Positions 1 to 10,860 of a stretch of 64,000 nucleotides of DNA are shown one piece after another (within the stretch, counting starts at the first letter, position 1; every line of letters begins with the position of its first letter). The position numbers and the translations under genes were made by a program. Origin of the DNA: Amoebidium appalachense (lineage: Eukaryota > Protista > Ichthyosporea); assembly GCA_963693365.1 (NCBI GenBank), contig CAVNZM010000007.1, positions 6,631,962 through 6,695,961 on the forward strand. The letters run 5' to 3'. The notes below the pieces were generated by a model. That model had not been told where the DNA came from. It was given only the letters and a program-made list of their open reading frames with translations, and searched no databases.

Positions 1-351
1 ACAATCGACCCCCCACAAAATACAGGTCAGTATATCATCCCCCCCCCCCCCCCCCCCCCCGGCTCTTCATCTCAGCTATTCACCTCCCTCCCTCCACTCT
101 CCCCCCGCCCCTCCCCCCCCTCCCCCCCTCTCTTTCCCATCCATCCACCCTTTCTCACCTACTCCATGCATGGAGCCGTGCACTGACGCAGATTTTCAAA
201 GTTGCCCACTCTTTCCCCTGCCTCCCAAACCCCCGTTCGGCTATCGGCTTTATAAATTGTTTGAGTTTCGCAACGGAGAAGAAGAGAAACTCCGCGGTGG
301 TGTGGGGGGAGGGACGGGAGGGAGTGGGTGTTGGTATGTTTTTTTTTTTTT

Positions 352-411
<60 letters not shown>

Positions 412-543
412 TACAGATACCGGTAGTGCTCGACGTGGAGGTAGAACATGTGATGGTGGTGGGCCTCCTAACCAACAGATCCATATGCGCCTCACGCACA
501 CTCACACACAAACGTACACAACCTTGCACATAGCACACGTGCG

Positions 544-595
<52 letters not shown>

Positions 596-901
596 GGAGG
601 ATGCACGTGGCATGATGGTTGTGACCGAATTTTTGGACGACAGCAACGACCCGTTGCCTCTGCAGCAGTCGGCCAGGTGCCCTCCCCCCTTCCTCCCTTC
701 CTCCCCCCCCCCCCCTCCCCCCCCCCCCCCCGGCCCCCTGTCCCCCGTGGGGGGAGAATATTGTGGTATACCATGAATAGGTTATTCCAAGTCGGCTAGG
801 TAGCTAATGTAGCCTCCTGACCCACCCGCCACCCGTTCTGATCCCCCCCCCCCCCCCCCCTTACCCCTTCATCTCAGACACATACATGCACACGCACACA
901 T

Positions 902-959
<58 letters not shown>

Positions 960-990
960 AGACACACACACACACACACACACACACATG

Positions 991-1047
<57 letters not shown>

Positions 1048-1129
1048 CAAACGTACAACCTCAGAAACACGCACAGGTACACATCGACACATCTTTGCTC
1101 TCATTTTGTAGAGACTTTTTGGAGAAGTC

Positions 1130-1164
<35 letters not shown>

Positions 1165-1365
1165 CCTTCTTTTGTTGAAATAAACTCAAGTTCCGAGTGC
1201 TGCTTCTGACTGTTTCTTTCGTTCTGCAGCCAAATTCTCCGTGGGCCCACCCCACCGCCAACCAATCATTTTGACCGGATCACGGACATTGCCTGTGCCG
1301 ATGTGGGCCAGCACAGATTGGTGGTCAGTGCAAGCAGAGAAGGTGTCGTTAAGGTATTTAAGTAG
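1..1365 (+). CDS. VPS15: 3' end (last three exons: <1-25, 593-676, 1230-1365) of Vps15/PIK3R4, the PI3K regulatory subunit; C-terminal WD40 region
   Basis: GT-AG introns with consistent phases give ...[80 protein letters not shown]. This resembles, from memory, the Vps15/PIK3R4 C-terminus (RGP...H.D.ITD....V(T/S)ASR(D/E)G.VKV(W/F)K*). Confidence 0.85.
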
Positions 1366-1972
1366 CATGAATGAACCGGTGTAGTTGTCTGCGTTTTCTT
1401 TAAGAAAAGAGTTGGAGTTGGGGGTTTGGGGCGGGGGGAGGGGGGTGGGGGGGGAGGCACTAGAAAGGTACGAATGTTGTGGGTCTGTTGTCCATCATTC
1501 TAAAATATGGTGGAGCAGAGTGTTTGTGCATAATCCGTGTGTACAGATGTTCAAATCGTGAGGCATTATTGTGGTGTACATGTGTACGGTTTGCATATCT
1601 TCATACGCTACACCGTATACAGTCATCTCTGCCTACTGTAGATTCTGAATTGTTTCATTCTCAGCTATGAGTGTACCTGTGTACCGTTGCTGAATTTGCG
1701 CGAAACACCTTTTGAAGCGGCCGCATGTCTATTCATCTAGAAAGCAGTTTTTGCTTTTGTGTGCGTATGCCTGAATGACCTGCATCGAAGCATGCAAAAA
1801 AGGAGTTTTGAAATTTCATAGAGTTGTCTTGACCAAAAAACTTAACGGTATGAATTCTTTGCAATAAATTGCCGAATGTGCATCTTTTTACAACTCGAAA
1901 GAATACCGGGGGGACAAGATTGCAAATTATAAAACCGGGTAAACTTGAAAGGCTATGGCCCCCCCTCCCCCT

Positions 1973-2003
<31 letters not shown>

Positions 2004-2094
2004 CCCCGTTCGATATGTGCACAAATCCATGAATATTAGGAACCATATATGCAGGGCCGGATAACAAAAAAAAAATCCACTAAGTCATGTGTGC

Positions 2095-2655
2095 CTACAG
2101 TAGACGAAATGGTGCAAACACATAACAAAGCAAGCATGCAACAATAAACACCAACAACATAAACATTTTTTGGGAAGAAATCATCACGGTGCACGTGTCT
2201 CCCCCTCTTCCACTAGGACTTGCAGGCATCATAGCGCCGTCCTTCGAATTTCCACGAGCCTTTCCTCCTCCCACCATTTCACTTATCGGTGCCAACACCT
2301 GCACGAACGTATAGCCCTTACCGTTCGAATTTGCGCCTTTTCCAGACCCCACAACCCCGTTGTTTTCCTTCAACTGACGGAGTTGCTCTTCGAGCTTGCG
2401 CAAGTCTGACTGTCTCCGCATGACTTCATAGTTTACAGTCAGTTTTCCAGGTGCTGTTTTTCCGGTTGGTAGGTTGCACGTTGGGCAGCGGGGGAAAAGA
2501 CTGCGGAAAACGGTCACAAGACATGTGCGGCATGCAGTGTGCCCGCACTTTAGGACGAGGGGGGCGTGAGGGCCGGCGCAGGTAGTGGAGTATGGGGTGG
2601 TGCACACCACACAGCACGCAACTAGGGGTGTGGTGTCTGGTGTTGCGGTAGCCAT
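2095..2655 (-). CDS. RING-HC (C3HC4) E3 ubiquitin ligase with coiled coil and C-terminal transmembrane anchor, 186 aa, intronless
   Basis: Motif CVVC...APLVLKCGHTACRTC...RCPTC, then a heptad-like stretch (LRKLEEQLRQLKE) and a hydrophobic tail (MFMLLVFIVACLLCYVFAPF). Confidence 0.85.
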   Translation of the reverse strand: MATATPDTTPLVACCVVCTTPYSTTCAGPHAPLVLKCGHTACRTCLVTVFRSLFPRCPTCNLPTGKTAPGKLTVNYEVMRRQSDLRKLEEQLRQLKENNGVVGSGKGANSNGKGYTFVQVLAPISEMVGGGKARGNSKDGAMMPASPSGRGGDTCTVMISSQKMFMLLVFIVACLLCYVFAPFRLL

Positions 2656-3082
2656 TTTTGCTAGCTAAAAACGTAGTAATTGCGAGGGAAAAAATGAGTA
2701 AATATGTAGGAGAGAACTAAGCGAAACTAGCTTGTGTAAATTCGTTTGCGGCGGCTGACTACTCTAGACAACATAAACAAAAGGACGAGTTTGTTTTGTA
2801 TGTATGCACGGAGTGAATACCATGTAGCCAATCTGCCTTCGTGATGCAAAGTAATTTATGATTGGTCATCTAATTTAGATTCAGATATTGCCGACTCATC
2901 CAACCAATCAGAGAAGAATAATGGTGCCCTTACAGCCAATCGATTACATTAACATATTTGATGGCTTAATTTTCATCTCGTTCAAATCTTTTAGATCAGG
3001 ATCCCACACAGCGCGGCAACATGTGCGCATTCCTGTTCTGTTTCCCATGCTTGACAGCGTGCACAGCGTGCACAGAAAAAAA

Positions 3083-3155
3083 AGGCTCGACCGAGAATCG
3101 AACTCGGGACCTTCTGCTTACTAGGCAGACGCTCTGCCATCTGAGCCATCGAGCC
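3083..3155 (-). tRNA. tRNA-Thr(AGT) copy 1
   Basis: 73-nt cloverleaf: acceptor stem GGCTCGA/TCGAGCC, D arm GCTC/GAGC, anticodon stem TCTGC/GCAGA with loop CT-AGT-AA, T arm CCGAG-TTCGATT-CTCGG, discriminator T. A T-run terminator follows. Confidence 0.95.
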
Positions 3156-3160
3156 ACTGC

Positions 3161-5028
3161 ACACATGTCGTACCCCCGGATTTGGCTACTTTTTTCTAAC
3201 TCGCGAATAATGCAATCGCTTGCATCCAACCCGATCGCCTTCTGACCGAAGCGCCCCGACCCTTGCACCAATCGTTTTTGCCGGACCCGGCTCCGGAATG
3301 GGCTGCGGTGTAGCTGCGCTCGGCTACATCAAAGTTTGCCAGACCCAGCTACAGACAGCTATCTGATTAGTAACCTTTTTCGTACAAGCACACATTCCCG
3401 AAAGCAGAAAAGAGCACGTGCATGTGAAAAATTATATAATTATTCGGGGCAAGGACAGGGAAGCAGAGACACAGTGGTGCAGTGTAAAAGCACCACAAAC
3501 ACACGGGAACAAGGAACAAGGGAAACAGGAACGATCGGAGCAGTGTACACAACGATGTTCGACACGACTGAACAAAATTTATTTCGATCTGGTATATATA
3601 CTCGAAATTCCCTTAAGTCAAATCTATCCGTGATTTTCGACCAGTCGGAAATTAGATCTGTCTCTTAAAGAAACCAATCACTAAGAACTGATTGCTTTCA
3701 GAGAGATCCGGTACGCGGATATGTACATGATAGGGCACAGACACTAGCGAAGATCAACTCGTGTCATTATCGAGGAAGCGAGGGAAAGTTCTAACCTATG
3801 ACAAACTGCAAAGACTCAGACACACCACACTTAACCTTAATGATTGGTTAAAGCACGGCAACACATGAAAACTAAAGTAAATTAATGAAGTCTGATCACA
3901 CAAGGCAACCCAAGTGTAGCCTAAGTGTTACCGTCCAATCAACACATATTAAGTACCACAAATCTACCTAACATATATTAATAGAAAAGAAATACGATTA
4001 TACACATGAAAACAAGGAGAGAAAGAAAAGAAATAAAGAAAGAGAAAGAGAAAGGAGAAGAGAGCATAGATCGACAAACAAGATAGCAATAGTATAACTA
4101 TAACTAAAGATATTTATGTACAAACGAACATGTACACGTCTCTCCCTGAGTGGGTGGATCCGTGTACATACATATTAATATTCTAATCGATATTGCAACA
4201 CACGATTAAAGCCGATACAATACGATTACAAGTATACAAGCATATCGGAAATTGATGCCATACTTTTTGTACAAGGAGTGTAGCTTTTACACTAAGTACA
4301 TGAACTAAAACATAACACAAACTAAAACGATCTTACCTAATGTAGATACTACGTACTACAACAGCATGTGCTCGGCATAGGCACAGACCTAAAGTAGTCT
4401 TGCTGTTTAAACTAATGACCTAAAGCAGCTTGTGGAGTTTCACATATGCATGCGGCCAAATTTGTCGCGGAATGTACAAAGCTGAGCAGTGCACAAGCTC
4501 GGCAAGGCTTTATTTTTGCTTTACTCAGATCACAAAGCAGCTTTCTTGAATATTCGCCCACGTGCACATGTCTTGTCGTGGTCGTAATCCTCTGAAATGT
4601 CAAATCTCAGAAGTGGTGGTCGAGGTTATAACGCGGGTTTCATTGGATGATACGCGAGGAGACGTCATAGCTGCATACGTCTTCTGCAAGAAGCCGGAAT
4701 TGCGGTACGCATACAGAGATTTGCTATCCTCTGGCTGTATATAGCATTTCAGTGTGTGTTCCATTTTATTTCATCTTACATGTAGCTGATAAAATATCTA
4801 CAGGATTCACTAACCGCCGATAAAAAAGAAGACTTGGGTCTGGCAAAAATGTAGCCGAGCCGAGCGCAGCTACCGTGACCGCAGCCCATTCCGGAGCCGG
4901 ATCCGGCAAAAACGGGGTTGGTGCAAGGGTCGGGGCGCTTCGGTCAGAAGGCGATCGGGTTGGATGCAAGCGATTGCAATATTCGCGAGATAGAAAAAAG
5001 TAGCCAAATCCGGGGGTACGACATGTGC
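3161..5028. mobile_element. Non-autonomous DNA transposon, 1868 bp, ~190-bp terminal inverted repeats, 8-bp TSD GCCACTGC
   Basis: 3161-~3347 is the reverse complement of ~4835-5028. GCCACTGC occurs at 3153-3160 and 5029-5036. The paralogous empty site is visible at 7975-7995 (tcgagccactgctgac). No long internal ORF. Confidence 0.9.
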
Positions 5029-5181
5029 GCCACTGCTGACACCCTGTCAGTGCACACATCCCATATCCCTGGGTATGACTTGAGGTGGGTGCAAGCTTAA
5101 TTATAAGGTACGATGTGAAGTGAATGAAGGGAACCGCTACGTGTCATGTTCAATCATGGCCCGTACTGGACAGGCAGCAGG

Positions 5182-5254
5182 GGCTCGATGGCTCAGATGG
5201 CAGAGCGTCTGCCTAGTAAGCAGAAGGTCCCGAGTTCGATTCTCGGTCGAGCCT
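5182..5254 (+). tRNA. tRNA-Thr(AGT) copy 2
   Basis: Identical to copy 1; followed by TTATTTTT. Confidence 0.95.
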
Positions 5255-5312
5255 TTATTTTTACCAGTTCGCGACGTCCATTCTGAATGATATTTTCTAG
5301 TGCAGAATTTTA

Positions 5313-6022
5313 GGTCGTGTTTGGCAGCCGAAATAATCGTATTCGTATTATTGTGCGAAAAGACGATTAATCGTATTTATAAAACTATTTTGAGGTATGC
5401 GTATTTTGGGGCAATAATACGATTATGGCGCGCCGGCAAACGCGCCTAAACACGCAAGGTATACTCGCTCAATCGTCACTTACGTTTCAGCAATGGAATG
5501 CTAAAAGTGTATTGTGCAGATGTTTGATTGGGCGGAGGGATGTAACCTGATAATGAATACAGTAAGTACTTGGAAGTGCAATTAAAAGCCATATTTTGAG
5601 CTTTGATTGCATCTTTATTTATAAATTTTATTACTAAAGTTACCTTGTTACACATCCTATTGTTTTTAGTTTATTTCTATTGTAAAAAAGCATTTTTTGG
5701 GAAAAGAACAGGCAAAGTACTGATACCGAAGTTCCGCCAACTCAAAGCCACAATAACCATAAATGGTTCGCGGTAGTTCCGAAATCGGATAGGAGCAGAT
5801 CCATCCAATAGAAGCTTACTCGCTTATGATTCGCTAAAAGTTATGTCGTCTTTTTGAAAATCACCTCCAGAAGTGAAAAGACGATATAAAAGCGATCCCA
5901 TCGTCTTTTCGCGAGATATAATTCTGCGGCGTGTTTGGCACGACACAAATTCGTATTCGTGGTATTGCGCGAAAATACGAATACGATGAAAACACGATAT
6001 AAGTGCGCTGCCAAACACGCCC
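5313..6022. mobile_element. PIF/Harbinger-type (Tourist-like) MITE, 710 bp
   Basis: Termini GGTCGTGTTTGGCAGC and GCTGCCAAACACGCCC match 15/16 as inverted repeats. TTA flanks both sides (5310-5312, 6023-6025). Subterminal ATCGTATTCGTA-like repeats; no ORF. Confidence 0.8.
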
Positions 6023-6206
6023 TTAACATTTTCTAGTGCAGAATACATAGTGGGGCACCAAAGGTGGCACCAAACTTTGTTCATAATTCATCCCTTGGCC
6101 GCGTGTGCATGACACAGCTAGTGTGCGTGTGTGTGTGCGTACATGCATATGTGTATGTTTCTGTGTTTGTGCCTGATGCCGGGTGTGGGGTGTATGTACG
6201 TATACA

Positions 6207-6328
<122 letters not shown>

Positions 6329-7012
6329 CACGTGTGTGTCACGGTGTGTGTTTCAATGAGTGTAAGTCGGTGTTTGTGAACGCGTGTGTGTTTGTTGGCA
6401 GGCTGTGTCTTTACGCATGTGTTATTATGTGGCAGTTGCGACGTCCAATTGTTTAGTGCCTACTAGTTCCATTTCCCCGCCGGTGCGTGTGCGCACGCGT
6501 GCATACACGTGTGAGTGTGAGTGTGTGTGGATGTGACAACATGGGTGGGTCAGCAGGCAGTGTACGGTGTGTGCACAACTGTGTCCGTGTGTGCGTGCGT
6601 GTGTGGGTACTGTGTGTGTAAACGTGTAGTATACTGCGTTTGTGTGTCTGTGTGTGGGCCTGTGTGGCTGTGTTCCTGTGTGACTGTGTGTGTGTGGTAT
6701 GCGTGCGCACACGCACACGCGGCGTGCGTGTGCGTGCGTGCGTGTGTGTGCTTGTGCGTGTGCGTGCTCGCACGTGCGTGTGCGATGCGTGTGCATGTAT
6801 GCATTTGGGTTGCATGTGTGCATGTGGGTAGGGGGAGTAGGTCACCGTGGGTTGCAATTGATGTATTGGTGGTTGTGTTGGTTAATGGGTGGGTGGGTTA
6901 GTCTGCAGGTGGTTAGTGGTTGCAGGACGGCGGGAGGGACAGCTAGTCACCGAGGAGGAAGGGGAAATGAGCGGCGGTGGAGGGCTCCGGGGGGAAGAAG
7001 GAGAAGGGGGGC

Positions 7013-7045
<33 letters not shown>

Positions 7046-7160
7046 CATAATACTGATATACTGTACCCTAGTTGAGCCACTGAGCCAATTCCACTTCATT
7101 CGGCTCAGCTTTTGTAGGTGATCATTTCACCGTTTGCTGGAAAGGGGGAACCCCTTCCCC

Positions 7161-7193
<33 letters not shown>

Positions 7194-7908
7194 GGGCCCA
7201 CACATAAACACACACACGTACACACACGCACACACACAAGCACACACACACACACACATGTACACACACACACACACACACACACACAATCACACACACA
7301 CACCGGCGGCTTGCCGCTATGATGCAGACACAAACAAGGAAAGCAGAGTGCAACCCGTGACAAAATATGTATTTATACATTTCAAATGCAGACACACAGC
7401 AGGGCCAACACCACACTGGACGACATGGGCCACAGCATCATACATGCATCCCAACACCGGGTCCCCAAAACCCACACCACCACTACATGTGTTAGGCCCT
7501 GGGGCCCCTCAACCGACAGGGGACATTTCATAACTGGACCCTCCTTAGAAACACCTTGAGAACTAGAACATGCCCTCCCCATATTTACGTAGATAACACA
7601 GCCCTAATATCAGATCGTTATAACTATAGACTTCTGCCATGTCTGGTTGACGGGCTCACATCAGAGCTCAGTCCAGAATGTGTTCATAAACCTTCAGATG
7701 TGTATAACCCTTGGGGCCGGTAGCCACCAAAAATGGCAACGGTACAACGGTTGAAAAAAATGTTCAAATCAAGTGTTGGCAGGGACGTTTACTCCTCCGG
7801 GGGGAAACGGAAAGGGGGGGGGGGGGGGGGGGGGTGCTCGTGCCTGCAGCGCAGCCTGCAGCGCTTCATGCACTTTTGGAGCCCTTGCCGTTTGTGCAAA
7901 AGGTAAAA

Positions 7909-7981
7909 AGGCTCGACCGAGAATCGAACTCGGGACCTTCTGCTTACTAGGCAGACGCTCTGCCATCTGAGCCATCGAGCC
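7909..7981 (-). tRNA. tRNA-Thr(AGT) copy 3
   Basis: Identical 73-nt cloverleaf. Confidence 0.95.
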
Positions 7982-8114
7982 ACTGCTGACAGCCTGTCAG
8001 GCACACATCCCATATCCCTGGGTGGGTGTCAGGGTACGATGTGAAGTGATCAAAGGGTCACTGAAGGGACCCGCTGGGTGTCATGTGCATGGCCCGTAAT
8101 GGACAGGCAGCGGT

Positions 8115-8187
8115 GGCTCGATGGCTCAGATGGCAGAGCGTCTGCCTAGTAAGCAGAAGGTCCCGAGTTCGATTCTCGGTCGAGCCT
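8115..8187 (+). tRNA. tRNA-Thr(AGT) copy 4
   Basis: Identical 73-nt cloverleaf followed by a T-run. Confidence 0.95.
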
Positions 8188-8240
8188 TTTTTGCCTTTTG
8201 CACAAGCTGTCGTGTGGAGCCAAACCTGCCCGTCCCCCCC

Positions 8241-8282
<42 letters not shown>

Positions 8283-8764
8283 AAGAAAGTCTATCTGGGC
8301 ATGGTGCTGGAAACATTGGCAGGCAAATGGAAGAAATTTTGTTAGCTATTGCTACCCTCTCACCCCTCCCCTATTCCGGACCCACCTCTCCTCTCCTGGC
8401 TTTTTCCTCTCAAAATTTGAAGACACAAATAAACACCCTCACACAGACACACACACAACCAAGCAGACCGTCGTGATCATAGACCCACCCCAAGCCTCTT
8501 TCCCATGTACATGTGCTTCTCTGTCTCTGAGCAAAGTCATCCTCGTCCGTCCGACCCAGATTCTAATATATATATATACACATAGTATGTATGAGCATGC
8601 ATCATCGTGACTGCAACAATTTACATGAGACGGTTTTGAACGAATGTGCTTGTGGCTGCTTCGTCGAGTTTCGAATCATGTAAACCAGAAACCACACTAC
8701 CATTAAACTAACACTCAGCTAAATCCCCTCACCCCCTCCCCCCCCCCCTTCCCCTCCACCCTCC

Positions 8765-8855
<91 letters not shown>

Positions 8856-9605
8856 CCGCGATGCCACACCTTTTGAAATACCCTTCAAGTTGGCGGGCAC
8901 CACGGAAAAGGTGATGGAATGCATAGTACTAACAACGGATAGTTCTGACGATTCGGCACAGAGCAGGAAATAACACTCACAGGTCGCCCCCACCCATAAA
9001 CCACCCACCCACACACCCACACACCTACCCCGTGACCCACCCACCAACCCACCCACAGTGTGTAGACTGGTGGCACCAACCGTGGCCACCCAGATGCATA
9101 GCACCAACAAACACACGCAATCGCGCACGCTTGCAATTGCGTGTGTACACACACACACATGTGCACGCACACGCACACGTGACACACACGCACACTCGTA
9201 CACAAATTGAACACACACACATGTGCACACACCGGTCCCACCCACATCCACACCCACACACATACACACACAGTCAGAAGCACGCGTACTTGCACACACA
9301 CGCGGGGAAATGATTCTATCTGGCTGGTAGCCTGAACTAAAGCGAAAGTAACTGACGTCGCAAACCGCACACACGGACACACGGCACAGATATGCAGTCA
9401 CACACGCATGCACTTCACATGCACCACACATAAACCCACGCCCCCACACTTCCGTAAACCGACAGAAACAAGCATTTACACATGCACACGCACACACACA
9501 CACACGCACCGTGACACTTGTAGGCACAGCGGGATAAAGACCTCAACGAAGTTTGCTATGTATGTACATTCGATTGTAAATAGAAGTCGTGGGTGGTAAA
9601 AGGAA

Positions 9606-9678
9606 AGGCTCGACCGAGAATCGAACTCGGGACCTTCTGCTTACTAGGCAGACGCTCTGCCATCTGAGCCATCGAGCC
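9606..9678 (-). tRNA. tRNA-Thr(AGT) copy 5
   Basis: Identical 73-nt cloverleaf. Confidence 0.95.
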
Positions 9679-9817
9679 ACTGCTGTTTGACCGGTACGGG
9701 CCATGCACATGACACGTAGCGGGTCCCTTCAGTGACCCTTTGATCACTTCACATCGTCTCTTGACACCCACCTCATATTTTGGATGTGTGGACTGACAGG
9801 CAGCCTTGTGTAACCGT

Positions 9818-9890
9818 GGCTCGATGGCTCAGATGGCAGAGCGTCTGCCTAGTAAGCAGAAGGTCCCGAGTTCGATTCTCGGTCGAGCCT
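9818..9890 (+). tRNA. tRNA-Thr(AGT) copy 6
   Basis: Identical 73-nt cloverleaf followed by TTTATTTT. Confidence 0.95.
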
Positions 9891-10679
9891 TTTATTTTAC
9901 CGTCGCGACGTACGAAGAGATATCCACAGTTGTTGTTTTTGGTGTGCAGCAGCATGCATGCCCTTCAAGTGTAGGCCTACAAGACCATGGAACAGCAAAT
10001 GTGTACAAAATGCATATGGTGCCTCCAGTGGAACTACTATGTCGAGGAGCAAGTTGGATGATTGTCAACTCAATACTTGGGCTGCATATTAGTGCTGTGT
10101 CGAGTGAGAGCATGCACGTGTGTTGCTCGCCCTTTTGTGCGTCTTGTGTTCCGGACACGCGTACGTATGCCAAACCTTATACGTTTGTTCTGCAGTGTAC
10201 GTGCTTGCCAACTGTTTTCGCCTATATATATATACACTATGAGGTATATGCACATGCCGCAAGTGGTGTGAGTGCGCACTAGGCTAAAAACGCGTGTGTG
10301 CTTCTTACTGTTCTTACTCTGCCGGCTTGCATATGTTCAAGTGCCTGCAAAAGCAAAGGCTTTTATCGGAACTCCGTCGGAGTCGGAACTCAGGCCACGC
10401 TAGCCCTATTTGTGTGTGCGCGTACATATTTGCCTTGGCGCTAAATGCAGGGCCCGAGTGTTATGCATTTGTAGTGTTTTGTTGTGCCATCTTGGCGTGT
10501 GCCACTGCCACCTATTAGCTTCACGCGGAACGCGATGGTGTACCTAAATATGGCTTGGGATAAACGATATTGATTGGCCATAATCTAAATCTAGATCTGC
10601 GAGCCAACAGCCAATAGAACACTTTGGGCATTTTAATTGGTTTATCTATAATCTATTTCAGATCCGACACGACGACGAC

Positions 10680-10810
10680 GGTTGCACCCTCGCCCTTCCC
10701 CCCCCCCCCCCCCCCCCCCCCGTTCCCACCTCGAACCGTTCCCACCTCGAAATTTTTGGGCGTGGGGGGGGGGGGGGGGGGGGGGGGGAAAGGGGATTTT
10801 TTTTTTTTTT

Positions 10811-10860
<50 letters not shown>

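Noticed and set aside
170-500. Coding-looking segments inside the first Vps15 intron
   Set aside because: No convincing acceptor/donor pair. Direct splicing of 25 to 593 already gives a Vps15-like sequence.
3161-5028. 1.87-kb TIR element as a deletion derivative of the 8.5-kb transposon or the piggyBac
   Set aside because: No shared terminal sequence with either, and the TSD is not TTAA.
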